Origin: Saprolegnia diclina VS20
Lineage: Eukaryota
Assembly (NCBI RefSeq): GCF_000281045.1
Contig: NW_008246070.1
Span: 1,224,193-1,288,192 of the forward strand
Reading direction: 5' to 3'
DNA: 64,000 nucleotides
Made by a program: the position numbers and the translations under genes. The notes below the pieces were generated by a model, which made no database searches, was not told the origin of the DNA, and saw only the letters and a list, made by a program, of their open reading frames with translations. Positions 1-10,930 of this stretch are shown piece after piece (positions within the stretch are counted from its first letter, which is position 1; each line of letters begins with the position of its first letter).

Positions 1-291
1 TGCCTTCATACGGTGCACCGCTTCGTTGTTCGTCTCATTCATGAGCGACGAGTACGAACGCGTCTCGCCGCCGAGGACGCCGCCAAACGCAGCGAGGATG
101 TCTTCGAGGATGTTCTTGGTGCGGACGACGTTGCCGCAGACCATGCCGAGCTCCTGGATGACCTCGCGGCCTTCGATTTGATCGCGGGTCGAGAGAAGCA
201 GCGGCGTCTCCTTGATGTAGTCGGGGCTCATGATCGTTACTCGTGGCGTCGCCGTCGTCGAGAAGCGCGCCGCTCGCCGTACGAGCATCAT
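1..291 (-). CDS. YbjQ/UPF0145 (putative heavy-metal-binding) family protein, 3' end runs off the window
   Basis: Minus-strand frame from ATG 291 reads MMLVRRAARFSTTATPRVTIMSPDYIKETPLLLSTRDQIEGREVIQELGMVCGNVVRTKNILEDILAAFGGVLGGETRSYSSLMNETTNEAVHRMKA. This matches the YbjQ pattern (T..IEG..I...LG.V.G.VV..N...D..A....GGE...Y..L...R..A..RM). It is not in the ORF track. Confidence 0.85.
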   Translation of the reverse strand, partial: MMLVRRAARFSTTATPRVTIMSPDYIKETPLLLSTRDQIEGREVIQELGMVCGNVVRTKNILEDILAAFGGVLGGETRSYSSLMNETNNEAVHRMKA

Positions 292-676
292 CGTCGGTCG
301 TTTGTCTGTGCGGGTTGAAATCTGACAACGCCGCCGACGTCAGCCGCTCCGGATTGGCCGAAAGCCCACGATACACTGGCAGGCCATTGGTCCAATTCAT
401 GCACTCTATTTCTGTGTGCGCGACGAAATGCAAACACTATTCCCGTTTCCTTCCACTTTCAATGACTCCTTGACAAGGAGCGAAGATCGCAGTGCCCGTG
501 CCTGAATCCACTGAGATCTAGAAACTTCAGTCTTCAAGCAAACGACGTCTTGTATGCAGGTTAGAAGAGGTTTGCTGTGGAGATCTGGCTACGTGGAGCC
601 TGTATGATACACTATTTTAAAGGTATGCCAGGATTGGCTAAAAAAGAGCCAATCCTACGCAGCGCGACCGACTGCG

Positions 677-2217
677 ATGGAGCCGTCGGCCAAGGTATAT
701 CGACCTGCCACCGCCTCCGAGCTCATACCTCCGTAGTATGCGCTGTACCATGCAACGGACCCAGCCTCGCTCAAGTGGGCGGCGAAGATCCGCCTGACGC
801 CTGAGCTGCTGGCCAAGCTCCAGGACGGCTCCGTGGCCGATGATCTCTCGCTTACGTTCTCGGCCGACAAGGCAGAGCCGAGCGTCCTGCGCGTTGGCGA
901 CGAGGCCTTTGAGCTGCTCACGTACCCCGAAGATGCTTCGGTAAACCATCTCTGCACGCTGAGCCCCGAGGACGACGGGCGTGGCTACTCGTTCTACGAA
1001 ACCGGGCGCATCGCCAAGAAGCTCATCGTTCAGCGGCTCTTGGACAGCACAGAGAAGGACCGGCTCAAGGACCGCCACGCCAAGTCTGTGGAAGACTACA
1101 AGTCGCGCAGCTCCAAGCTCCTTGAGGACAAGCCGACGCGCGGCGAGCGAAAACGGACGCGCACTGTCATCTGGCAACCGGACACTCCTGCAGCGGCCGC
1201 CCCAGCGTACGTCGCTTCTCATATGCGCCGCAAGCTCATGCACCCTCTCTCCTCTACAGACAGAAGAAGCCTTCGACGGCGTTTGCTTCGGCGCTAACGC
1301 CCGACCAGCTCGAGACGATCACGCATGAAATCGCCAAAATGGTCGAGGTTGAGCCCCCAAAAGTCGAGCCGATTCGGACAATCGACGCAGTCCCGAAGGT
1401 CGAGGTCAAACCAGCTTCGAAGGCTGTATTTCCTGCGACTGCGCTCCCTAAAACTACCGAAGCAGCTTTGGTCGACGTGCCCAAGTCCAAGGTCAAGGCA
1501 AAGTCCAAGACCATCGTTGCCAAGACGTCATCCCCGATTCCGCGAGCACCTGCGACCATGAACGCTGACGAACCACCCACCAAAGCTGCAGCAAGTGTTG
1601 TCGGCGTCGTGCCGTCACTGGATGCCGCCGTGCCGGCACTTGTGCCGCGCGTCCCAGAAGCCACCAAGCTCATCCGTGCCAAGCGTCGCGTGCTCTCCCC
1701 CGCCGTGCACACGCTCTCGACCTTTACGACGGACATGGAAACCATCTTCAAGAGATACAGCAGCACGCGTACTAGACCAACGCCATCTCGTGTATGGTAC
1801 AACGTGGATCGTAGGCCATTCGGTGACCGCAATTGCCAATGACAACGAGTTGGCGGCGTGCGAGGCCGCGCTCACCGAGCACGTGGCTGCGTGGACGCTT
1901 CTTGAAAAAGTTCTATACCGCACACCATGTTTCTCGCTCACTCAGTTCTTATCTTTAGTCGTACTCGATTGAGGTTGTCCTCACCAACACGAAGGCCATC
2001 ACTGGTGCGCCGCCCAACGCCAAGTACGCCCAGAAGCACGAGCTCCGCGAAGAGGTCGTCGTTGATGCGCCTCGACAGTGTGCTAATGCGCAGGTAGGGC
2101 ATAGCGACGGTGAAAGCACTCATGGACCAGCTCTTTGTGCTCATTTCGAGCGCTGAGCTCGCGATCGCAAGCTACAAGACGCCCAGCGAGGACAGCAAAG
2201 CCAGTGCGACGGAGTAA
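677..2217 (+). CDS. Probable RNA polymerase II elongation factor ELL-like protein (ELL N-terminal-like domain, P/K/A-rich linker, C-terminal Occludin/ELL-like helical domain); multi-exon
   Basis: Spliced model: MEPSAK|YALYHATDPASLKWAAKIRLTPELLAKLQ...ETGRIAKKLIVQRLLDSTEKDRLKDRHAKSVEDYKSRSSKLL...; C-terminus TAIANDNELAACEAALTEHVAAWTLLEK...LISSAELAIASYK. About five short GT-AG introns; stop TAA at 2215-2217. The family call is by resemblance only. Confidence 0.5.
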
Positions 2218-2272
2218 AGGAAGCAAACATTGGTTTATATGAAATTTTACCTTGCTGGATGGACACTGCTGT

Positions 2273-3430
2273 CTACACGAGCATGCTCCCAAAGATGCAG
2301 AGCACTGCAAGGAGACCCGCGCAGTGCTGAATGGCACCCGTGGCACTGGACGGGCGCTGGATCGTGGCCTCGTCGCTGAAGTTGCTCCCCGTGCGGTTGG
2401 TGCGCGTGGCGTTGTGCGTGGCGTTGTTGTGAGTCGAGTTGGTCTGCGTCAAGGCCGCGCCCGGCACGTGCCATGGCTTCTCGTGCTCTGCGGACTGGTT
2501 GCCAGCGCGCTGGGCCGTTGGCTTTGGCGAGAGCGGTGCGTCCGTTGCCTCAGCGCTGTCGTCAGTCTCAGCATCGTCGACGTCGACAGCTTCGATATCA
2601 GCGTCTTCGTCTGTGACGTCAGTGTCGTCAGGCTCGACTTCTTCAGCCTCTTCGTCAGCGTCTTCGTCCGTTGCGTCAGTGTCGTCAGGCTCGACTTCTT
2701 CAGCCTCTTCGTCAGCGTCGGCGTCGGTCTCAGTGTCGTCGTCGCTCTCCGTGACATCGTGGTCACTGTCACGGGAGCTCGAGGAATCGTCCGACGTCGT
2801 GGGTAGTGGCGTCGAGCGACTCCGCGTGGTCGGGTGCATCGTTGGCGTTGTCGAATTGCTGTCGTGCTTTTTGCCGCTGTCGGTGTGTGCATTGGCCCCC
2901 GCGACAATTGGCTCATCCTCGACTTCGCCATCGTCGTCGCCTTCACCGTCGTCATCGCCGAGCTCGTCAATATCGCTCTCCAGCGATGCGAGCTCGTCCT
3001 CACCATCGTCCCCAGCGTCTTCGTCATCGTCGTCGGCGTCGCTGCCCCACAAGCCGAGCTCCTCATCGAAATCGCTACCCGAACCACTCACGTCCTCGTC
3101 CTCGACGACGGGAAGCTTCGTTGGCGCCACAATCGTGGCGTCGCGCGTCGCGTTGCCCACTGTGCCATTGCCCGAGGCCGTCCGATTGCACGAAAACGCC
3201 ACGTACGAAGCGTTGTGTTTGTCCGTGCAGCACTGTTGCTCGGCCGTCGCGTTCGTCGCCGGGTCCCACTGGTAGTAGAGGTACACTTGGGCGCCGCAGC
3301 ACGCCGCGCGCGCCGGGTTGTAGCACGACGTGCCGCACTTGGGCAAGTCTGGGCGTTCCAAGCAGAGGTTGGTAGCCGAATCGGCGGCAACGACGGCCGC
3401 AGCCACTGACGCAGGTACAAAGAGTCGCAT
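2273..3430 (-). CDS. Secreted, probably GPI-anchored surface protein: Cys-rich N-terminal module plus acidic/Thr-rich stalk
   Basis: Signal-like MRLFVPASVAAAVVAA; Cys-rich CLERPDLPKCGTSCYNPARAACCG...CC...C; long D/E-rich region; many NxT/S sequons; hydrophobic C-terminus AGLLAVLCIFGSMLV. Confidence 0.75.
   Translation of the reverse strand: MRLFVPASVAAAVVAADSATNLCLERPDLPKCGTSCYNPARAACCGAQVYLYYQWDPATNATAEQQCCTDKHNASYVAFSCNRTASGNGTVGNATRDATIVAPTKLPVVEDEDVSGSGSDFDEELGLWGSDADDDDEDAGDDGEDELASLESDIDELGDDDGEGDDDGEVEDEPIVAGANAHTDSGKKHDSNSTTPTMHPTTRSRSTPLPTTSDDSSSSRDSDHDVTESDDDTETDADADEEAEEVEPDDTDATDEDADEEAEEVEPDDTDVTDEDADIEAVDVDDAETDDSAEATDAPLSPKPTAQRAGNQSAEHEKPWHVPGAALTQTNSTHNNATHNATRTNRTGSNFSDEATIQRPSSATGAIQHCAGLLAVLCIFGSMLV
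2618..2719. repeat. 57-bp near-perfect tandem duplication (encodes DADEEAEEVEPDDTD twice)
   Basis: gtcagtgtcgtcaggctcgacttcttcagcctcttcgtcagcgtc occurs twice with a 57-bp period. Confidence 0.9.
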
Positions 3431-4409
3431 GTTGGAGGGAGCGAGAGATGGAAAATGCAGTTCTTCATGACCCGCGATTTCCATTAATCCATGATAGAGC
3501 GATAGAAAGATAGCGGCTTGCGACGAGGCTCTCAAGTGTAAAGCCCCATACACGGTATCCTTCGAACATTGTCGTCGTCCCGCGAGTCACGACGTGGCGC
3601 CGTGATGCACGCTCGGTGGCGAGATCAGCGAGTTCTTCCATCCTCCTCTTGTTCCATCGCGCAGCATCTACTAGTACGAAGCGCTCGGTGTAATTGCAAC
3701 AAATTAGTCGTTGCAACAATCTAGTCTTCATTTGTATCTTTTCTAATGCGCTCGGAAGGCGTGAGGAGCATTCGGGGCCGTGACGTGCGACGAGGCCGGT
3801 AGCGCCTTGGATCAGTGGCGTAGCGCGTCGGGCAAGCGACGACTTTACGTCGATGAGCCAAGTAATAAGGTGTAGACGGCAGCTATGCATTTTGAGCGCA
3901 AGCTCGGCGGCTACGAGCAGTGACCAGAAGGCTAGGTTGCTGCGCTCGAGTATGCCAGACGCAGGAGCGCAAGACCGCCCAGAGGACTACGGTGGTCCGA
4001 CTACTTGTGAGGCGAGATCAGTGTCATCCATGCTGCGTCACCTGGGCGTTGCTGGAGCATGGTGCCACGACCATGTACCCATCTGCATCTGCCTAGGCAT
4101 GGTCTTGGCCAAGATCTTGCCTTTCCGCACCGTTCGTGGCACGCCCATCTGCGTGCCAGTAATTTTGGCCAATCCCCATGGAGAAGGAGCTGTTACCTCA
4201 CTAAAACGACATATTGTCTTAAACCTGTCTCAGTTCTATACAAAACGACTAGTAAAGTAAAGAAACACCTTGTGATACGAACTATCAGCCAAAAGCCGCC
4301 CACCACTCCTATTGGGTGAAGCCAGTTAGTTTTGTATTTCTCGACCTGAAAAGAGGCCCCCGCCCAAGGTTCCCCGCAACCCCGTCCCGGAATCGTATCT
4401 CGGAACATC

Positions 4410-5326
4410 ATGCTTGCCTCCTCGATGATTAGCTCCCTCCCCCCTTGCCCCACGGGCGAGAGCCCCCGCGCCAAGCGGAAGCGCTCCGTGGACGCGTCCT
4501 CCCCCTCCGATGGTGGCATGTCCCCGTCGTCCATGGACGAAGTGCCATGCAAGAAAAGCAAGGTACGCGCTCCCGATCGGTAGGTAGCATGCTCATGTGC
4601 TTGGCGTAGGCAACGGAAGAAACCCACTTCAAACCCACGGAAGACCACGACCCACGTGAGTGCTCTGACGCCCCCCTGCACGAAGACCCCCTTAGGGATC
4701 CCACCACCGCCCCCCTCTCCACGGCCCCGGAAGACGGCGAATGCACGGATCTCGACAACTCGGACAGTCCTCTCCACGCGCCGGAGAGCAACTGTCCCCT
4801 GGACAGCCCGCGCTCGGACGTCAACTCGCCTCCGCGTGCACCGCAAGACGACTGCTACGACGCCTACTACGACGGGCCGGGGTACGACGATTTTGCCGAT
4901 GATGCCGATAGGCGCCGTCGCACCCTGAAGCTCCAGTACTGGACCCGCTCGGACGCGTGCAAGGAACGCAAGTGGGACCATCTGGACCTCCTCGACTCGG
5001 AAGAGCACGGGATGACGCGCGAAGAACACATCTACGCCACGACTCTGGCAGGTAGAACGTCGTATATGGAGCCCAATATGTTCCCGTACTCGACGCCGGA
5101 AGGCATCGAGCATTGGACCCTCTGGAGCCGCCTCGAAATGCGCCATGCGGACGTCCAGGACTACGTCGAGCAGTGGATCACAACCAACGCGCCGCATGTC
5201 ACGGCGTGGAACTACGACGACAACCCGGAGCGCTCGATCAACATCTTCCACGTCCACGTGTACTTGCAAGTGGGCGGCGAAGGCGACGTGCTGCAAGGTC
5301 GCGGCGTCAACGACCTCGTCCACTAG
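4410..5326 (+). CDS. DUF3605 (GIG1 / N-acetylglucosamine-induced protein 1-like) domain protein with disordered N-terminus; 1 intron
   Basis: C-terminal motifs PNMFPYSTPEGIEHWTLWS and NPERSINIFHVHVY are typical of DUF3605. An intron at about 4563-4609 joins MLASSMISS...KKSK to ATEETHF... in frame. Confidence 0.7.
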
Positions 5327-5357
5327 ACGCGCCGTTCTTAAGAATACACTGTCATAT

Positions 5358-6653
5358 TTAACTTAATTCGGCGTCCTGAGCCAACGTAATGCCAAGTCGC
5401 TCGAGGCACTGCATGATGGTCAAGTTGACCTTGGACTTGGCCTTGGCGAGGGTCTTGAGATCGTTGCCCTCGATGAGCGCCGTCACGAGCACGCAGTACA
5501 TGCCGGCCAGAGTTACTTGCAAGCAGCGCAGATCGTGCACTCGGAAGCTGTTGCATTTCGAGCCAAGCTCGCCGATGCCCGCCATCGAGTCGAGCGCGGC
5601 TGTCGTGCCACTGCCGTGGGAAAGCTCGCTCACGTTCCCGAGCATGCGCGCGCCCATCGAGTCGGAGCGGCGAACTTCGGTCGACTCTTTTTGGTGAAAG
5701 AGCTCGGGCGAGACAATGCAGTGGGGCAGCTGCTCGCGGAGGTCGTCGATGAGCTGATTGAGGAGCGCGACATGCGTGGTTTGGGCGACGTGGATCTCGA
5801 CGTGGACCTTGCGGAACGTACACTCGGAGTAGTTGCGCTGGTAATCGGTCGCGAGGACACTGTTGGGAATGTGGATGAGCGCACCGTTCATGGCGCGGAG
5901 CACGGTCGTGTTGAGCGCCATTTGCTCGACGATGCCGGTCGCGGACCCGATCGAGCAGAGACTGCCGGTCGAGAACGGCTCGGCAAAGATGAGAAAAAAG
6001 CCCATGATCGAGTTGCGGACCGTGGTGTAGAAGGCGAGAATGCCCACGAGCTCGAGGAGCGTAAAGAAGACGAGGACAAGCTCCTGCATCATGGCCGAGT
6101 TGGGCACGTAGACGTAGAAGCCCTCGATGAGGATGAGCACCATCGTCACAAACTACAGCATGCACGCATAGAAGAGCGTTTCGCCGCGAGCGCTCGTACC
6201 CCAATGCTCTCCGTGACCATGAGCACGCGCGAGTAGTCTTCGCGCGAGGTCTCGTCCCAGCCAAAGTACCGGATCGACGCCTGCGCACGGTATACCATTG
6301 AGCACCGACGTTGCCGCATGCTCTACCTTGGTGATGACGCGCCGCAAAGCGATTGTGGCCACGATGAGCGGGATGCCAAAGGCGTACTGGAAGAACGTTG
6401 GCACCTCATCCGCAGCGTCGTCGATCTGGAGGATGACCATGGCGACGTACAGCGCGAGGAGCACGATGGCCCACGAGATGGGCGGGAGGAAGTGGCGCTC
6501 GAGGTCCTTGAGGAACTGCTTCGGGCCAAAGCGCGCCCGGAGGAGGCGGAAGACCTGCACGACGACGCGCTCGCGGAAGAAGACCGAGTTGGAGACCAGC
6601 ACGAACGAGACGCCGCCCCGCCAGATCGTCCCCGAGGTCACTTGGAAGCCCAT
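5358..6653 (-). CDS. Small-conductance mechanosensitive channel (MscS family); 2 introns
   Basis: Several TM helices followed by the MscS core VRNSIMGFFLIFAEPFSTGSLCSIGSATGIVEQMALNTTVLRAMNGALIHIPNSVLATDYQRNYS. Confidence 0.85.
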
Positions 6654-6920
6654 TTTCCGATATCTACACTATTCCATGCGCTCTGTCGTTTTCACAGTAT
6701 TTTATCGTCTCTATATATATATAGTGTGGTACTGGGCGCTCAGGCCGCCAGCACACCGGTCATGTACCTCGTCGGACGTCTCGCCTCGAGAATGGCTTGG
6801 ACGGACTAGGTACATACTTGATGTCCTAGGTATTCAAGACGAAGATGGCGATTGCTCTTGCAAGTCGTCGAGTGATACTGTGTGTATTGGGGTCGTCTCG
6901 TGTCTAGTTGCGAGATTCTA

Positions 6921-9900
6921 CTAATCCCTAGTCGCCCACTCAAAGAACGTGCATTGCGCGTTCTTGTCTGGCTTGGCGCACTTGTAAAACTTGCGGCCAG
7001 CGTTGGCAGCCGACTTGGCCGTGAGCTCGATCGCGGGTTCGCCGCAGAGACACACGTGACCGGACGCGTTGCTGGTTCCGGACGGGCGTGACGACGCAGC
7101 ACGGCTATAGTTCGCGCCACCGCCGCCACTTGGTGCGCCACTCTCGCTGTCCTTCCACTCGAAGAACCCACAACTGTCGGCTTGGGGAAAGCTGCACGTG
7201 TAAAACTCGCGGCCTTGGTTTGGCCCGGCCTTGGCGACGACGCGCTTCACGCTTGGCTGTTTATGGTTGCACACTGGCGTGTCGCCCGACGCATTGCCAC
7301 TGTACGTGGCTGGCGGCGCCGCTGTTGCGCCTTCGGTCCACTCGAAAAAGTCGCACTGCTCGCCTTGCGGAAAGCTGCACGTAAAGAAGTACCGGCCCTT
7401 GTTGGGCCCCTCGCGCTTTGTTTGACGGAGTGCACACTCGACGCTGTGCCCAGGGCAGAGAGGTGAAGCACCCCGCGGCGGTGCACTTACGGTTGTCATC
7501 GCTCGCGACGAAGACGTCGATGCACTCGTCTTGGCCTTTTTCGCGCGGTTGTTGCCCGTGAGAGAGTCGGCATAGTCGTTGGACGGGGCCGCTGCGCGCG
7601 CGACGCGCTGGTACGAGCTCTGCAAGTCCGGCGCCGGCATCGCGCGCATCGCTTGGCTCGCCACGGGCTTGAGTCGCAGCTGTCCTTGCGCCAGATCTTG
7701 GACCACGTCGTCGCAAAAGAGACATGTCTCACGGTCATTGCCCCCGTCCAAAATGCGCACTTGGAGGTCGGGTGGTAAGGCATTGGTGACGAAGCGCAGC
7801 GTGACGCGGTGGATCGTTTGCTGTGGCCGAGAGCATGTCGTGCACGGATGCGACGTCACAGATGCGTACGCAATGCTCGAGGGTAGCCACACCGACTCTT
7901 TGCAGCTCTGGTAGTCGGTGCAGCTGACGACATACTTGGCGGTTTTCGTCTTTTTGAGCTTCATCGGGTGGGCGCCGCATTGAAAGCAGCACTGCACGAC
8001 CGGCGAGTCGTGGGTTCCGGTCGCGAGCGCGCAGTCGGCCGTGCAGCTGTAGCATGGCATCTCGTTCAGTCGTGCGTTCGGTGGATGGTTGAAGCAGTGC
8101 GGGCACACGCTGTAGACGTTTGTACCGGCGCCTCGCTGGACGTCGACCACTTGAAACTGGCAGAGCGGGCAGCGCGTGGTGGATTTCTGAATGTTGGCGA
8201 GCATCGGCAGCGCATACTGGTCGTCGCAGCGCCGACAGACGAGGAGACTCCCGTCGTCGGGCTTTTTCCTACATAGTACGCAAACAAATGGCAAGTACGT
8301 CCTGCAATCGGTGCCTACCGGAGCTCCATGGGTTGCTGGCACTTGCCGCACGCGCTAAACGCGCCGTCGACGACGCGGCTGTTGCCAGCACCGGCGTCCT
8401 GGTTGGCCGCGCCAAAGTACCCCTGGAACGTCTCGTCCAGGACACCGGAACGTGCAACAACGCTCTGGAAGATCGTGCGCATCTATCCGTAGGTGTTGGC
8501 CAGAGACCAGAGACAGTTGTGGAACGCGTACTTGGTCCATACAGGCTCGGACGACTTGGTCGCAGGACTTTTGACCCTGCGCAATTGCATTGCAATCGCG
8601 CTCGACCTACAATGCCACATCGGTTCCTGCTGCCAGGTGCGGCGTTGACGTACGGCCGCGCGGAGATCTGGCTTTGCGAGCTGGTATCCCATGCGGTCAT
8701 AGGACTGCACGAGTGCCAGGCCGAGCTCTACGCATGCCCTTGACAACCATGAAGAAGAAGATGCGGACCATTACCCGTGGGCTTGAACTGCGTGTTGTTG
8801 TTGACTTTGATCGCATACTGGCGCTTGAGGATCGTGTTGATGTGCTCGGCGATCGTCGCGTCCGTGCCAATGCCGTGCGTGTCCATCTTGGCAATGAGGT
8901 CCGACTCGGTGAGGAGCGGCGGCGGCGCCGTCTCGCCTCTCTTGAGCACCAAGGTCGTCGGCACAAACTGGTCGCCGCGCTCGTAGACTGGGATCACGGT
9001 CGCGGCCCACTTTTCGTAAATGTAAATGTCGAGGTAGTTGCGCGATAGGATCATGAGCCCGCTAGCGCTAAACGTCTCGTTGGCGAGCGTCATAGTGACG
9101 TTGGTTTGGCTCCCGCGCGCGTCCATCGAGCAACACGCGAGAAAGTGCCGGACGACGAGCTCATACACGCGGCGCTCGACGTCGTTGTTGAGCGACGAGA
9201 GCGGGACGCACTTGGTCGGATGGATCGGCGGGTGGGCTTGGTCGTCGTGCTTGCCGCCGCGCGGTGCTTCAAACTTGCCGTTCTGAAGCGCCGTGACATA
9301 CCCGCCCCACGTCTCGTGCCCCGCATGGAGGTCCAGCAAGGCGGGAAGGTCGGTCCCTTCTTTGAAGCTGTCGGTCTCGGTACGCGGGTAGCTCAAAAGA
9401 CCGCGGTTGTACAGTGCCTCGGCTGCCGTCATGGCTTGCTCGGACGAGATGCGCAGCCAGCGCGACGCGCGCTTCTGAAACTCGACCGTTGTGAGCGGGA
9501 ACGGCTTGCGCTTGGACGTCTCCTTCTTGCTGATCGAAGTAATGGTCGCGATCTGCGCCTCGACGCAGCTCTCGTAGAGCGCGAGCGCCGCGATCTGGTC
9601 GTACACGCGGCCGCGGCCCCAGGTAAAGACGATCGAGCCGACATCGGGAATCGTATGCGTCACGTGGATGTGGTAGAAGAGCTCGCGAACGAACGCGTCG
9701 ATCGCCAAGTGCCGGTCGACGACAAAGCCGAGCGTCGGGAATTGGCACGAACCAAAGCTCACGACCTTGCTCTCGGAAGTGGCTTGGACGTTGGGGAACT
9801 TTTTCTGAATCCGCATCGTCTGGAAGCGCGTAAAGGCTGCGCCGAGACGCAGATCGATCTCGGACCGCGCGTCGCACGCGAGCGACAAGTTCTCGTTCGG

Positions 9901-10522
9901 CTGCACGAGGTTCTGCACAGCGGCGTGGATGTCGCGTGGGATGAGCGCCGAGAAGCGCGCGCGCTTGACGCGCAGCCGCCGGTTCGCCTTTTCGCACACG
10001 GCTTTCACCTCGAACGCAATGTTTTCGCCTTCGCGATCGCAATCCAGCCACAGCACGAGCATCTACATGGCATGAGATGCGGTCGGTGGCGACAGTACGT
10101 ACCTGGGCGCGCGCAGCCTCGGCCTTGAGCGTCTGCTCGATCTTCTTCTGCGTCGAGTCCTCGCGCACGGTCTTCTCGACGGTCGCGCTAAAGAGGTCGA
10201 CGGGATCGCATGTCTTCCAGCCGCTACAAGCACATGCATCCATGGCCCATATACATGGTCGTCATCTACCGGTGGCTGAGCGCAAAGTCGAGCTGCATGA
10301 GGTGGCCGGTCACGGACGTGAAGACCATCTCGACGCGCTGCTGGTTGAGCTCAAATGGAAACTCAAAGATGCCATTGTACTGGGAAAAGCCGGGTCGCTA
10401 CACAGGATGCAGAGACCTTCGCGCCGAGCGGAGGGAGTTACCCGCGTGCTCCGGCCCGACGACAAGATGTGCGCGATCTCCTTGGCCACGGACGGCTTCT
10501 CGGCCACGTTCAGGACGCGCAT
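6921..10522 (-). CDS. TOP3A: DNA topoisomerase III alpha (type IA) with C4 zinc ribbons and three C-terminal GRF zinc fingers; multi-exon
   Basis: MRVLNVAEKPSVAK, LWLDCDREGENI (TOPRIM), SYPRTET (catalytic Tyr), AHPPIHPT and GIGTDAT. C-terminal GPNKGRYFFTC, GPNQGREFYTC and NAGRKFYKC GRF fingers. Confidence 0.96.
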
Positions 10523-10930
10523 GCTGGCAACAAGCGCGCTGATTGGCTATAATTCGAGCCAATCCCACCGCACGGCGTTCGCGCCTAAAATGCCAAGTTG
10601 GCTGCTGCCCGCCACGACGGGCGAAGTCGACCGTCGATGCGAGGCTCTGCCTCTGTGAAATGTCGGCGGGTGAACGATGCGGCGAGGTGCACTGCGTAGC
10701 GAGCCGCTGGTCAAGCTGTCCAAGCATTAGCACCAACCTCGTGGAGCTCGGCGGCTCATGCTGCCACCAAGATTGCGCACCGAAGCGTGTGCCAGCACCG
10801 AGCTTTCGTCGCCCGGTTTCGCCGCTTTGGTCTCAATGCAGAGTGGTGTTATGCGTTGTGAGATCAATCAAAAGTGTTATGTAGTTTGGCGTTAACGCTA
10901 AATACAGGGTTATCATGGCCGACAACTACA

